This document shows, piece by piece, positions 47,754-58,378 of a stretch of 64,000 nt of DNA (position 1 is its first letter; each line of letters begins with the position of its first letter). Position numbers and translations under genes: made by a program. The notes beneath the pieces are model-generated. The model had not been told where the DNA came from and did no database searches. It was given only the letters and a program-made list of their open reading frames with translations. Origin of the DNA: an uncultured Collinsella sp. (GTDB taxonomy: Bacteria; Actinomycetota; Coriobacteriia; Coriobacteriales; Coriobacteriaceae); the NCBI GenBank assembly GCA_902470125.1, contig CABRFD010000005.1, forward strand, positions 39,999-103,998, read 5' to 3'.

Positions 47754-48557
47754 TCAGCCAAAGCGGCCGGTGATATAGTCTTCCGTCCGCGAATCCACCG
47801 GGCTGGTAAAGATCGCGTCGGTTTGACCATACTCGATGAGCGTGGCGGGCTCGCCGGCAACTTCCTGCAAGAAGAAGGCAGTGTAGTCGCTAATTCGAGC
47901 TGCCTGCTGCATTGAATGCGTGACGATGATGATCGTCATCTCGGGCGCCAGCTCGGCCATCAGGTCCTCGACCTTGGAGACGGACGTGGGGTCGATGGCG
48001 GAGCAGGGCTCGTCCATCAGAAGGACATCGGGCTGCACCGCAAGCACACGCGCGATGCACAGACGCTGCTGCTGCCCGCCCGAGAGCGCCAAACCATCCT
48101 TGTTGAGCTGATTGGATACCTCTTTCCAGAGGTTGGCGCGCTTGAGCGATTCTTCCACGATGTCATCGAGGTCGCTTTTGCTAGTCACGCCCTGCAGACG
48201 AGGGCCAAAAGCGACATTCTCGTAGATGGATTTAGGGAACGGGTTGGGCTGCTGAAAGATCATGCCCACGCGACGGCGAAGGTCGACCGGATCGACGCCC
48301 TCGGCATAGATATCGTTGCCGTCAAGCGTCATGGTGCCCTCGACGCGCGTACCCTCGATCAGGTCGTTCATGCGGTTGATGCAGCGCAAAAACGTCGACT
48401 TGCCGCAGCCCGAAGGGCCAATAAACGAGGTGATGGCGTTCTTGGCGATGTTGAGGTCGAGCCCCGTCAGCGCATGAAAGTCACCGTACCAAAAGTTGAA
48501 ATCCTTGGCCGTGATGGCCGCTTGCTCCAGCGTGGGAGCGGACTGATAGACGGACAT
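47754..48557 (-). CDS. pstB: Phosphate ABC transporter ATPase
   Basis: [44 protein letters not shown]. Confidence 0.97.
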   Translation of the reverse strand: MSVYQSAPTLEQAAITAKDFNFWYGDFHALTGLDLNIAKNAITSFIGPSGCGKSTFLRCINRMNDLIEGTRVEGTMTLDGNDIYAEGVDPVDLRRRVGMIFQQPNPFPKSIYENVAFGPRLQGVTSKSDLDDIVEESLKRANLWKEVSNQLNKDGLALSGGQQQRLCIARVLAVQPDVLLMDEPCSAIDPTSVSKVEDLMAELAPEMTIIIVTHSMQQAARISDYTAFFLQEVAGEPATLIEYGQTDAIFTSPVDSRTEDYITGRFG

Positions 48558-48569
48558 GGGACTCCTTAA

Positions 48570-49475
48570 CTAGCGGCGCTTGCGCGACAGGAAGCGCGCA
48601 AACAGGTTGAAAGCCAAAATGATCACCATCAACAGGAGCGCGGTGCCATAGGCTGCGTTCATGTTGATGCCGTCGTTGGCAAGCAGGTACAGGTGGACCG
48701 TCATGGGGCGGCCGGAATCGAGTGGTGAGATAGGCAGGTTGATGGCCTGACCCATGGTGTAGAGCACCACCGCAGTCTCGCCGATGGCACGGCCGATGGC
48801 AAGGACGATACCGGTGGCGATGCGGCCAAAGGCAGAAGGAAGCACGATCTTGGAAACGACCTGCCACTTGGTGGCGCCCAGGCCGTACGCACCCCAACGG
48901 ATATAGCGCGGCACGGCGCGAATGGCCTCCTCGGTGGTGCGCATGACGATGGGAAGCATCAAGAGCGCGAGCGCCAAAGCGGCCGAGACCATCGAAAGAC
49001 CCAGGCCCATGGCCTCGACAAACAAGGCGTAGCCAAACAGGCCCATAACGATGGAGGGCACCGAGGCCAAAGCGTCGGCAGCATAGCGAATGAGCTCGAC
49101 GACCTTACCCTGCTTGGCGTATTCGGCAAGATAGACGGCCGCCAGCACGGCAATCGGCGTGCAGATGAGCATGGCAAGCACCGTCACGTAGATGGTCGAG
49201 ACGATCGTGGGCCAAATACCGCCTTCGGCGTTGACGCCCTGGGGCCAACCAAAGATAAAGTCGAGCGAGATATGCGGCAAGCCATTGATGACCACGTAGG
49301 CGATAATGGCGACCAACACCAGCGTAGTGATATAGGCCGCAACGCGGAACACGCCGAGCATGAGTTTGTTGGACAGGTCCTTGTTGATGCGGCCCTTCTT
49401 GCCGTGGGAAAGGGCACGCTTGATGCGCTCGCGCGACGAGGTCGTATCGACCGTCGTGTCAACGGAATCGGACAT
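48570..49475 (-). CDS. pstA: Phosphate ABC permease PstA
   Basis: YLAEYA, VPSIVMGLFG, RTTEEA, LGATKWQ, GRAIGETA. Confidence 0.96.
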   Translation of the reverse strand: MSDSVDTTVDTTSSRERIKRALSHGKKGRINKDLSNKLMLGVFRVAAYITTLVLVAIIAYVVINGLPHISLDFIFGWPQGVNAEGGIWPTIVSTIYVTVLAMLICTPIAVLAAVYLAEYAKQGKVVELIRYAADALASVPSIVMGLFGYALFVEAMGLGLSMVSAALALALLMLPIVMRTTEEAIRAVPRYIRWGAYGLGATKWQVVSKIVLPSAFGRIATGIVLAIGRAIGETAVVLYTMGQAINLPISPLDSGRPMTVHLYLLANDGINMNAAYGTALLLMVIILAFNLFARFLSRKRR

Positions 49476-49478
49476 AGC

Positions 49479-50405
49479 CTACCCCCTCTTCTTCTTGGAA
49501 ATCAAACGGACAATGCCCACCAGCGCAGCGGAGATGATAAACAGGACCACGCCCATGCCAAAGAGCGCCGAGCGGTGCAAGCCCGAGGAGTAGCTCATGT
49601 CGAGCGCAATCTGGCTCGTGAGCGTTGAGATGGGGCTCGCGATGCTATCGGGAATGACCGGAGCATTACCCACGACCATGAGCACGGCCATGGTCTCGCC
49701 GATGGCGCGCCCCATGCCCAAAACGATGGCGTCCACAATGCCCAGCTTGGCGGCCGGCAGCACGACCTTGTAGATGGTCTGCCACTTGGTGGCGCCCATG
49801 GCATAGGAAGCCTCGCGAATACCCATGGGAATGGAATTGAGGGCATCGATGGTGAGCGTGGTGATGGTGGGGACGATCATAATGGCGAGCACGAACCACG
49901 CTGTCAGTGCGCCAAAGCCAAGGCCGCCGGTCAGCTGCGCGATAAACGGGCGGATGATGATCATGCCGAAGAAGCCGTAGATGATGGAGGGAATACCCGC
50001 CAGCAGGTCGACGGCAGGGCTGATGAGCTTGCGCACGCGCTTGCTGGCAATCTCGACCAGATACACGGCTGTGCCCACACCCAACGGCACGCCCATGGCA
50101 AGGGCACCGACGGTCACCAGACCAGAACCCGCCAGCAGCGACATAATGCCGTAGTGACCCTCAGAGGGCGCCCACGTAAAGCTAAAGAAGTCCGCCAGGC
50201 CGATGTCGGTAAAGACCGGCAGCGCCGAGTACGTGGTAAAGACAAAAATCAGGATGACGGTGACGACCGCCAAGAACGCGCAGGCAAAGAAGATCCACTG
50301 TAGCGCCTTCTCCTTGATATAGGTACTGCGCGACACGAGCGCCAGCTCGCGCTTCCTGGGTGCCTGAGCCTTCTGCTCAGTATGGGGGGTTTCCTGTACT
50401 TCCAT
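49479..50405 (-). CDS. pstC: Phosphate ABC permease PstC
   Basis: LLAGIPSIIYG, LAIMIVPTI, MGATKWQ, GRAIGETMAVLMV.GN. Confidence 0.96.
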   Translation of the reverse strand: MEVQETPHTEQKAQAPRKRELALVSRSTYIKEKALQWIFFACAFLAVVTVILIFVFTTYSALPVFTDIGLADFFSFTWAPSEGHYGIMSLLAGSGLVTVGALAMGVPLGVGTAVYLVEIASKRVRKLISPAVDLLAGIPSIIYGFFGMIIIRPFIAQLTGGLGFGALTAWFVLAIMIVPTITTLTIDALNSIPMGIREASYAMGATKWQTIYKVVLPAAKLGIVDAIVLGMGRAIGETMAVLMVVGNAPVIPDSIASPISTLTSQIALDMSYSSGLHRSALFGMGVVLFIISAALVGIVRLISKKKRG

Positions 50406-50406
50406 G

Positions 50407-51243
50407 CTACTCACTCCCCTTCCCGTCGTTGGTGACGGGAATAAAGCCCGCCTCGCGAATCTGCTTGTCCATCTTTTCGGACGTCACGTAGTCGATGTAG
50501 GCCTGCGCCTGCTTGGAGGGCGTACCCTTCACAAAGAAGTAAAGGTCACGCGAGATGGGATACCCGCCGCTTGCGACTGTCTTCTCGGACGCCTCGACGT
50601 GATTGACCGAGACGGCCTTGACCGAAGTCTTGGCATTGAGGCTCTCGACAAAGCCCAGCGAGATGTAGCCAATAGCACCACGAGAGCGGGACACGACATC
50701 GCGTACCTGGCCCGTGCCCGAAAGAACGGCCGAGCGACGATCGAACGGCGTGCCATCCATCACGATGGTACGGAAGGCCTCGCGCGTACCGGAAGCCTCG
50801 TCGCGGTTAATAACCTGAATCTTCAGGTCCTCGCCACCAACCTCTTTCCAGTTGGTGATCTTACCGGCGTAGATATCGCGAAGCTGCTCGGTCGAGAGAT
50901 TCTCGACCGGGTTGTCCTCATTCACGATGACCGCAATGCCATCGTGGGCGATAACGATGGGAGTCAGGCCCAGGTCTTGTTCATCGGCATTAAGGCTACG
51001 GGAGGAGCTGGCGATATCAGCGGTACCGGCGCTGACAGCCTCGATGCCGGCAGAGGAGCCCAAGCCAGAGACGAGCACGTCGGTGCCGGTCTCTTCCTTA
51101 AAGCCCTCGGCCGCAATCTCGGCGATAGGAAGGCAGGTCGTGGAACCCGCCACGGTAATGGAAGAAGTGGAAGATCCCGAGGAGCAGGCACACAGCGTAA
51201 GCGTGAGTACCGCTGCACTCAGGACCGATACGATCTTTCTCAT
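50407..51243 (-). CDS. pstS: Phosphate-binding lipoprotein
   Basis: Lipobox LCAC, AGSTT, GSSAGI, DIASSSR, RDEASGTR, YPISR. Confidence 0.95.
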   Translation of the reverse strand: MRKIVSVLSAAVLTLTLCACSSGSSTSSITVAGSTTCLPIAEIAAEGFKEETGTDVLVSGLGSSAGIEAVSAGTADIASSSRSLNADEQDLGLTPIVIAHDGIAVIVNEDNPVENLSTEQLRDIYAGKITNWKEVGGEDLKIQVINRDEASGTREAFRTIVMDGTPFDRRSAVLSGTGQVRDVVSRSRGAIGYISLGFVESLNAKTSVKAVSVNHVEASEKTVASGGYPISRDLYFFVKGTPSKQAQAYIDYVTSEKMDKQIREAGFIPVTNDGKGSE

Positions 51244-52040
51244 AGCATCACGCCGATCGCGGCATGGCGCCCGCAGGTACCGCCCTCGTTGCGGTAGGAG
51301 TAAAAGCGGTCGTTCTGACGAACGGTGGAGAGCTGCGTGTCTACAATATTGTCCGTATCGACGCCGGCGTCCAGCAGCGCCTCGCGAATTGCGGCAGAAA
51401 GGTCGAGCATGCGAGAGGCGCTCGCATCGATGCAGGAAAACTCGGCGGCAAAGCGATCCATGAGCTCCTGGGATACCTCGTATTCGTCACCCAAGATATG
51501 GGGACCAATATAGGCGCAGACGTCGCTCGCGTCGCAGCCAGCGGCATCGCAAAGCACCTGGCACGCCTTGGCGGAAATGCGCGCAATCGTGCCCTTCCAG
51601 CCAGAATGTACCACGGCAAATCCGCCGGGAGCCAGCAGCACCACGGGAACGCAGTCGGCAAAACAGAGCAGCACGGGCACCTCATGGGCCGTGCAGACGA
51701 TGGCATCGCAGCCCTCGGCAATCTGCTCGCGAATATCCTCGAGATCGTCGGCACCGCTCGAGGTCACCGTAACGATATGATCACTGTGCACCTGATTGGG
51801 AACGAGCAGATTGTGCTCGCACTCGGAGGCACCCATGGCCTCGAGCACGCGACGACGATTTTCTTGAACAGCAAAGGGGTCATCGCCTACATGCGAGCCC
51901 AGGTTGAGCGAGGAGTACGCATCTTCGGAAACGCCACCGGTGCGCTCGGTAAAGGCAAAACGAACATCGGCCGTCGCACCCTCCACCAGCGTAACTCCAT
52001 CATGGTCGACACGCGAAACGTTGTCCGCACGTGCTGCCAT
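51240..52040 (-). CDS. pgeF: PgeF/YfiH/YlmD family (laccase-domain, purine nucleoside phosphorylase-like)
   Basis: RTGGVS, SLNLG, NQVHS, FADCVPV, HSGWKG, IGP, FYSYR; AGGAGG RBS. Confidence 0.93.
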   Translation of the reverse strand: MAARADNVSRVDHDGVTLVEGATADVRFAFTERTGGVSEDAYSSLNLGSHVGDDPFAVQENRRRVLEAMGASECEHNLLVPNQVHSDHIVTVTSSGADDLEDIREQIAEGCDAIVCTAHEVPVLLCFADCVPVVLLAPGGFAVVHSGWKGTIARISAKACQVLCDAAGCDASDVCAYIGPHILGDEYEVSQELMDRFAAEFSCIDASASRMLDLSAAIREALLDAGVDTDNIVDTQLSTVRQNDRFYSYRNEGGTCGRHAAIGVML

Positions 52041-52143
52041 ACTAAAGCCTCCTAATAACACAAGTATTGCGGCGACGCCGCAGCAGTCCGTGCCATACGG
52101 CTGCACACTTCATCAAAAAGGATACCCGCAGCGGTAAGGAGCA

Positions 52144-52161
52144 AACGTAAAGGGAACGTAA
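52144..52161 (-). promoter_or_regulatory. 11-bp-period direct repeat (OmpR/PhoP-type site candidate) upstream of pgeF-pstSCAB-phoU
   Basis: TTACGTT-N4-TTACGTT on the minus strand with a -10-like TATCCT about 20 nt downstream. Confidence 0.45.
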
Positions 52162-52200
52162 GGAGATTGGAGGCTTTCGTTTACAAAGGCGAAACACAAC

Positions 52201-52235
52201 AAAAAAAGAGGCGCGCCCAATCGGACGCACCTCTT
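52201..52235 (-). terminator. Intrinsic terminator after ftsZ
   Basis: AGAGGTGCGTCC-GATT-GGGCGCGCCTCT followed by a U-tract. Confidence 0.8.
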
Positions 52236-52257
52236 GCAAGTCGTTGAGAAAAACGAA

Positions 52258-53412
52258 CTAGAAGCTACCGCGCTTAAGGAAATCGGGAAGTTCGAACTGA
52301 TCGTTACCAAAGTTGGGGAGTTCGGTACCGCCGACGTTGCGAGTCGGGGCAGCCTGAGCGGGGCTGACAGCCGGAGCGGTGCGCTGCGGCTCGGCAGAAG
52401 CAGCGGACTTGCTCTGGGACTGCTGAGCAGCGAAGAGCTCGTCCTGACGGTTGACGTTAGAGTCGGAGAAGCCCGTGGCGATAACGGTGATGCGCACCTG
52501 GTCGCCCAGGGACTCGTCGACAACGGTACCAAAGATGATGTTGGCCTCGGGATCGACGGCGTTGGCGACAACGTCGGCAGCGTCGCTGATCTCTTGGATG
52601 CCCAGATCCTTGGAGCCGGCGATGGAGAGCAGGACGCGCGTAGCACCATCGATAGAGCTCTCAAGCAGCGGGCTGGAAATAGCCTGCTGGGCGGCGTCGA
52701 CGGCACGAGTGTCCCCAGAAGCAGTACCGATACCCATCATGGCGGTGCCGGCTTGCTTCATGATGGTCTTAACATCGGCGAAGTCCAGATTGATGATGCC
52801 CGGGACGGTGATGAGGTCGGTGATGCCCTGGGTACCCTGGGAAAGGACGCCATCGGCAATAGCGAAGGCCTCGAGCATGGTGGTCTTCTTCTCGGCGATG
52901 TCGAGCAGCTTGTCGTTAGGGATAACGATCATGGTGTCGACGCAATCGGAAAGGGTCTTGATGCCCTCTTCGGCACTCTTCTTACGCTTGCGGCCCTCGA
53001 AGGTGAAGGGCTTGGTCACGACGGCGACGGTCAGCGCACCGACCTCGTTCATCGCGATATCGGCAACGATGGGAGCAGCGCCGGTGCCGGTGCCACCGCC
53101 CTCACCGCAGGTGATGAACACCATGTCGGCGCCAGCGAGCGCCTCGGCAATGTCATCGCGTGACTCATCGGCAGCCTTGCGACCAACCTCGGGGTTGGCG
53201 CCAGCGCCCAGGCCGCGGGTAAGGTCGGTACCGATATGGACCTTGATATCGGCATCAGAGATCGCGAGCGCCTGAGCATCGGTGTTGATGGCAACAAACT
53301 CGACGCCGCGAATGCCCTCTTCGATCATTCGATTGACCGCGTTGGTACCGCCGCCGCCGACGCCGACCACCTTAATGACGGCAAGGTAGTTGTTGATCTC
53401 TGTCTCGTGCAT
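52258..53412 (-). CDS. ftsZ: Cell division protein FtsZ
   Basis: [29 protein letters not shown]-terminal LPDFLK. Confidence 0.99.
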   Translation of the reverse strand: MHETEINNYLAVIKVVGVGGGGTNAVNRMIEEGIRGVEFVAINTDAQALAISDADIKVHIGTDLTRGLGAGANPEVGRKAADESRDDIAEALAGADMVFITCGEGGGTGTGAAPIVADIAMNEVGALTVAVVTKPFTFEGRKRKKSAEEGIKTLSDCVDTMIVIPNDKLLDIAEKKTTMLEAFAIADGVLSQGTQGITDLITVPGIINLDFADVKTIMKQAGTAMMGIGTASGDTRAVDAAQQAISSPLLESSIDGATRVLLSIAGSKDLGIQEISDAADVVANAVDPEANIIFGTVVDESLGDQVRITVIATGFSDSNVNRQDELFAAQQSQSKSAASAEPQRTAPAVSPAQAAPTRNVGGTELPNFGNDQFELPDFLKRGSF

Positions 53413-53611
53413 GTCGGTCCTCCGAACAAAGGTTATAGCCATAGCATGGGTTGACCCCTGCGCACATTAACCTTCAGGTTGAAAGTAAATGCAAAGGTAA
53501 ACCGTATTATGTTTGCACATTATGAACGTATCAGTCAAATAATTGACCGTGAAAACCAAACAAACCAGATAAACGGCGTGGTATGGCCCCTCAACAAAGC
53601 CACGAACGGCG

Positions 53612-54874
53612 CTAAGCGGTCGGTGCGTTTCTAAACGTATAGTTGCCGGGGGACCGAACATTAATGTAGGTTACGCCCTCTACCTGCGACAGAAGCTTGG
53701 TCACGACGCGTTCCTTCTTGGCGATATCGTCAGAATCGCCCAGCGAGACCTCAACGCCATTATCAAGATTCGCCGAGATGGCCTCGACCGAAGGTATGGA
53801 AATATCCTTGATCTGCGCCAAGAATTCGCCGGAAAAACCACGCACGTAATCCAGGCCCGCTTTAACGGCCTTGGAAGAAACAGCCTGCCCCGAGACCGGC
53901 TCGACATCGGCCGAGACATCAGTGAGCAGCACGGCTCCGTAATGCTTGGCCAGCGCCAGCGCGGCATCGATACCGCTCAATGTGTTGGCGCCCTCCCCCG
54001 AAGTGACGACATTTCCCTGGTCGTCCACCTCCACTGAGGTCGAAAGCGGTGCGATCCAGGTGTCATCGTCGCCGATGGCCCAGGCAAGATCGTCGGAACT
54101 TATATAGGCGATCGCGGTGACCTTGCGCTCCGTCGGCGTAATGACAAGCGTGTGGGGAAACTGCCGTTGAACGTCCACGCCCGAGACCCACGGGTTCTGC
54201 TTGAGGTCTTCGGTGATCTGGTCGGGATTTACGTTAAAGAGCGATGTGTTCTCGGGCAGGCTGATCAGCTGTATGGCATCGTGCTTGGTCACGTGCTCGC
54301 TGCCCTCGATCTGAATATCAGTAGCGGCAAACAGGCCGGAATTGATAACGACGATGGCAACGACGGCAAGCACGGCCACAGCCGCCAAGATACCGCCCGC
54401 GATTTTACCCTTGCCCTTAGCGGCAGAGGCGGCATCGGACGTCTTACTGGCCATGGCGCCAAGCGACGACAGCGGATTGATACCCTTTTTGGTCGCAGGT
54501 GCCTTAGTGGCGGGCACCGACGTCAACGAGCGCGGCTTGGCAGCGCCCAACGTACGGCCGAGATGCGTCACCTTAGCTCCCAGCGAGAGCTTGGGCGTCG
54601 CTATGGGGCGAGAGGGCTTGGTACCTATCGCCGACTTGGATGTCACCGAGGGGCGCGGAGCTGGGTGAACCGTCTTTTTTGCGACAGGGCGTCCACCAAG
54701 TTGCGAGACGACCGGACGCTTGGCAGACCGTACGGATCCAGCAGGCTTGGAAGACACAGAGGGCTTGCGTTGAGGTTGGACGGGTGCGCCGGAACGCCCT
54801 CCGGCGCGGCGGAAGGTAGGTTTCGATGCTCTAGAAGCCGAGGAATTTAACTTCCGGTCTGAGCTCGATGCCAT
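53612..54874 (-). CDS. ftsQ: Cell division protein FtsQ/DivIB with long basic disordered N-terminus
   Basis: Single TM, POTRA (PWVSGVDVQRQFPHTLVI..TER); GGAGG RBS inside murB (44-nt overlap). Confidence 0.88.
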   Translation of the reverse strand: MASSSDRKLNSSASRASKPTFRRAGGRSGAPVQPQRKPSVSSKPAGSVRSAKRPVVSQLGGRPVAKKTVHPAPRPSVTSKSAIGTKPSRPIATPKLSLGAKVTHLGRTLGAAKPRSLTSVPATKAPATKKGINPLSSLGAMASKTSDAASAAKGKGKIAGGILAAVAVLAVVAIVVINSGLFAATDIQIEGSEHVTKHDAIQLISLPENTSLFNVNPDQITEDLKQNPWVSGVDVQRQFPHTLVITPTERKVTAIAYISSDDLAWAIGDDDTWIAPLSTSVEVDDQGNVVTSGEGANTLSGIDAALALAKHYGAVLLTDVSADVEPVSGQAVSSKAVKAGLDYVRGFSGEFLAQIKDISIPSVEAISANLDNGVEVSLGDSDDIAKKERVVTKLLSQVEGVTYINVRSPGNYTFRNAPTA

Positions 54875-55742
54875 ACGCCTCCCTCACCTTTCCGTGCACA
54901 TGCCTAATAACCGCGGCCACGTCATCGGCCGAGGCGGTACCGTTATTAACGATAAAATTAGCGTGTACGGGCGAAACTTCCGCACCGCCAACCGAAAAAC
55001 CCTTTAATCCACAATCCTCAATCAGCTTGCCAACGCTCGCGTCGGGCGGATTGCGAAAGACCGACCCGCAAGAAGCGCGACCCATGGGCTGTGTGCGTTT
55101 GCGCCTCGTCAGGTACCGCTCCATACGCTCACGGATATCGGCCTTGGGCGCGGGTTTGAGCTTGAGCACGCACTCGAGAATAATCTCGTTACGCGGCAGA
55201 CTGCACTCACGGTAGCCCCAAGCAATCTCGGACCCCGCATAATGCTTTATGCCGGATGCCGGGTCAAACGTGACCACATCCTCGACAAGCGAACCTATCC
55301 ACTCGGTCCGCGTACCGGCGTTCATGGATACGGCGCCGCCGACCGAGCCGGGGATGCCAACCGCAAACTCTAGGCCCGAAAGACTGCGCGACAGCGCATC
55401 GTTGACCAGGCGTGCGAACATAACGCCCGCGCCAACGGTCAGCGTGCAACCGTCCTCGGCAACAACCGTACGCTGAAACTCGCGCCCCAGCGAAATGACG
55501 GCGCCGCGATAGCCCGCATCGGCAACAAGCAGATTAGATCCCTTGCCGATAATGACCCACGGTACCTGCTCACGGTCGAGCACCGCCACGGCGCGACGCA
55601 GGGCATGATAGCTATGGCACGTCACAAAGAGGTCCGCCTTGCCGCCGATGCGATAGCTCGTATGGCGCGCGAGGCGTTCATCCTCGATTACGTCCGTATC
55701 GATCATGCCCGAAAGCGCCATGACGGCGTTAAACAGACCCAT
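54831..55742 (-). CDS. murB: UDP-N-acetylmuramate dehydrogenase
   Basis: TSYRIGG, GKGSNLL, GIPGSVGG..MNAG, GSVFRNP, HANFIVN. Confidence 0.97.
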   Translation of the reverse strand: MGLFNAVMALSGMIDTDVIEDERLARHTSYRIGGKADLFVTCHSYHALRRAVAVLDREQVPWVIIGKGSNLLVADAGYRGAVISLGREFQRTVVAEDGCTLTVGAGVMFARLVNDALSRSLSGLEFAVGIPGSVGGAVSMNAGTRTEWIGSLVEDVVTFDPASGIKHYAGSEIAWGYRECSLPRNEIILECVLKLKPAPKADIRERMERYLTRRKRTQPMGRASCGSVFRNPPDASVGKLIEDCGLKGFSVGGAEVSPVHANFIVNNGTASADDVAAVIRHVHGKVREAYGIELRPEVKFLGF

Positions 55743-55747
55743 GGAGT

Positions 55748-57166
55748 CTAAGCGTCTTTCTTAGCAGTCAGATACTCGATGAACTCGGGACCAACGGTTG
55801 TAACGTCGCCGGCGCCCATAGTAAGCAGCAGATCGCCCTCGCCTACCATCTTCTCGAGTTCACGATTGAGCTCGAGACGGCTGGAGCAGTACACGACCTC
55901 CTTGCCGGGGTGCTTGGCGCGCACAGTGTCGGCGAGCATCTTGGAGGTAACGCCCGGAATCGGCATCTCGCCGGCAGAGAACACATCGATGAGCAGCAGC
56001 TTATCGGCATTGGCGAAGGCATCGGCAAAGTCATCGCACAGCGCCTGCAAACGCGAATAGCGGTGCGGCTGGAACACAACGTCGACATGCTTATAACCCA
56101 GCGACGAGGCGGCAGCAAGCGTCGCCTTAATCTCGGTGGGGTGATGGCCGTAGTCATCGACCACGGTGATGCCGTCAATATCGCCCACATGGGTAAAGCG
56201 GCGGCGGACGCCCTCAAAGCTCGAAAGCGCCTCGGCTGCGGCGTCGACGTCGAGGCCCAGGACATGGGCAACGGTTAGCACTGCCGTGGCGTTGAGCATG
56301 TTGTGGCGACCGGGGTTGCTCTTGATCTCGACAGCATGCTCGGTCCCGTCCTCAAAGCGAACGATAAAGTCGCTCTGAATGCCCTTGACATCCGGATGCA
56401 CGCAGACGACGTCGTTGGTTTCGGCAAAGCCATAGGAAAGCACGCGGCGACCCGTCGACTTGGCGACTTCGACCAGATGCGGGTCCTCACCGCAAACGAT
56501 GACGGTACCGCTCTCTCCAACCAAGCCCATAAACTTGGCAAAGGTGGCCTCGATCTCCTCGATGCCCGAGTAGTGATCGAGATGGTCGGCCTCGACGTTG
56601 GTCACGATAACCACGTTGGGATTCAAGAACAGGAACGAGCTGTCGGACTCATCGGCCTCGGCGACAAAGTAGTCACCCGAGCCGTTCTTTCCGTTGGTGT
56701 CGTAACCCTCGACGATGCCGCCGATCAAAAAGCTGGGATCCAAGCCCATGCGGTCGAGCATGGTGGCACACATCGAAGACGTCGTGGTCTTGCCGTGCGT
56801 ACCGGCAACAGCGATGGTGGTGTAGCCATGACCCAGAGCCGAGAGCATCTTGGCGCGGGGCCACACAGGAATACCGAGCTCGCGAGCACGCACAAGCTCG
56901 GGGTTGGACTCGGGAATAGCGGTAGAGACCACGACCACGTCGGGCTTGACCTCATCGATCGTGGCGGCTTCGTGGCCCACATGAACCTTCACGCCAGCGC
57001 GGGTAAGCTGACGAATGTAGCGCGAGGTCTTAAGATCGGAGCCAGTAACGGCATAGCCGCGCTCGTGCAAAACGAGAGCGATGCCGCTCATGCCGGCGCC
57101 ACCGATACCGATAAAGTGGGCGCTCTTGAACTCGGGCGCGGAGGTTGCAGTCTGGGAATCAGCCAT
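55748..57166 (-). CDS. murC: UDP-N-acetylmuramate--L-alanine ligase
   Basis: HFIGIGGAGMSG, AGTHGKTTT, EADESD, DDYGHHPTE, FQPHRYSR. Confidence 0.98.
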   Translation of the reverse strand: MADSQTATSAPEFKSAHFIGIGGAGMSGIALVLHERGYAVTGSDLKTSRYIRQLTRAGVKVHVGHEAATIDEVKPDVVVVSTAIPESNPELVRARELGIPVWPRAKMLSALGHGYTTIAVAGTHGKTTTSSMCATMLDRMGLDPSFLIGGIVEGYDTNGKNGSGDYFVAEADESDSSFLFLNPNVVIVTNVEADHLDHYSGIEEIEATFAKFMGLVGESGTVIVCGEDPHLVEVAKSTGRRVLSYGFAETNDVVCVHPDVKGIQSDFIVRFEDGTEHAVEIKSNPGRHNMLNATAVLTVAHVLGLDVDAAAEALSSFEGVRRRFTHVGDIDGITVVDDYGHHPTEIKATLAAASSLGYKHVDVVFQPHRYSRLQALCDDFADAFANADKLLLIDVFSAGEMPIPGVTSKMLADTVRAKHPGKEVVYCSSRLELNRELEKMVGEGDLLLTMGAGDVTTVGPEFIEYLTAKKDA

Positions 57167-57262
57167 GTGCTCGTGTACTCCTTGCGTAAACACTGCCTGT
57201 AACCCGTTAACTGTACCGCACCTACCGCATCCGCGCGAGCGCAAGCTCGATATCCCGTCTAA

Positions 57263-58378
57263 CTAACGCAAACCCTCTACCGCATCGGCCAAAAGAGCGG
57301 CGGCGCGGTCCTGAGCCAACCCGCGCGCCGCCTGACGCATGGCATCGCGCGCGGCGGCGTCATCGACCAAATGCAGCAGCTCCTCGGCAAACGCCGGAGC
57401 ATCGATATCGGCATCGGCACAAAGCACGCCGGCACCGGCATCGACCAGATAGCGCGCATTGGTCGTCTGGTGGTCGGCCGTGGCATGCGGATACGGCACA
57501 AGCACCGAAGGCACGGCGAGGGCGGCAATCTCGGCCACGCTCGAGGCGCCGGAGCGCGAGAGCACCAGGTCAGCTGCAGCTAGCATGTCGCCCATGTTGT
57601 CAATGTAGGGCTGGACGCGATAGCGCTTCGTCTCATCGGGCGTCAGCGCCAAAGCACGCTCGGTGTCCTCAAAGCCGTCGGCTCCCGTCGAATGCAAAAT
57701 GTAGAGATTCTCACGCGAAAGCAGCTCACCCTTGAGCGAGGCCACGCGCTCGTTGAGATGCTGGGCACCGAGCGAACCGCCAAAGACAAGCAGTAGCACA
57801 GCGTCCTCGGGCACGCCAAGTGCCTCGCGGCCGCGGGCGCGATCGCCCTCAATGACCGAGCGGCGCACCGGATTACCGGTCATGAGCACATGCTCAGGGT
57901 CGCCCTCGCGCTCAAAGACAGAGCGCGCAGCCGGCACCGAGATGCACACGCGGGCGGCATGGGAACTCATCATCTTATTGGCCAGGCCCGGAACAGAGTT
58001 CTGCTCGTGCAGCAGATACGGAACGCCCGCATCCTTGCACCAGCCCAGCAGCGGGACCTCGACGTAGGCACCAAAACCGATGGCAGTATCGGGCTTGCCA
58101 ACCTTTGAGAAATGACTGGCAAGCGAGCGCTTGGCCTTATTGACGCGCCACAGCGAAGTCAGCGCGGTCCAGGGACGGGAGCGGTCGAAGCCCGTGACCG
58201 TGATAGGTACAAAATCGAACCCGGCCTCGGGAACCAAACGACCCTCGAGCTTGTGCGACTGGCCCACGAACACAACATGATGTCCGCGGTCGCGCAACTC
58301 CTCAGCCAAGGCGAGCGCAGGGTTGATATGTCCCGCCGTGCCGCCGGCTGCGATAGCAACGGTCATCTTATCGGTCAT
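57263..58378 (-). CDS. murG: Undecaprenyldiphospho-muramoylpentapeptide GlcNAc transferase
   Basis: GGTAGHINPA, HEQN, GNPVR, GGSLGA, SRSGASS, HQTTNA. Confidence 0.97.
   Translation of the reverse strand: MTDKMTVAIAAGGTAGHINPALALAEELRDRGHHVVFVGQSHKLEGRLVPEAGFDFVPITVTGFDRSRPWTALTSLWRVNKAKRSLASHFSKVGKPDTAIGFGAYVEVPLLGWCKDAGVPYLLHEQNSVPGLANKMMSSHAARVCISVPAARSVFEREGDPEHVLMTGNPVRRSVIEGDRARGREALGVPEDAVLLLVFGGSLGAQHLNERVASLKGELLSRENLYILHSTGADGFEDTERALALTPDETKRYRVQPYIDNMGDMLAAADLVLSRSGASSVAEIAALAVPSVLVPYPHATADHQTTNARYLVDAGAGVLCADADIDAPAFAEELLHLVDDAAARDAMRQAARGLAQDRAAALLADAVEGLR

Noticed and set aside
53468..53487. Imperfect palindrome AACCTTCAGGTTGAAAGT upstream of ftsZ
   Set aside because: Could be a regulatory site, but it is too short and imperfect to support without comparative data
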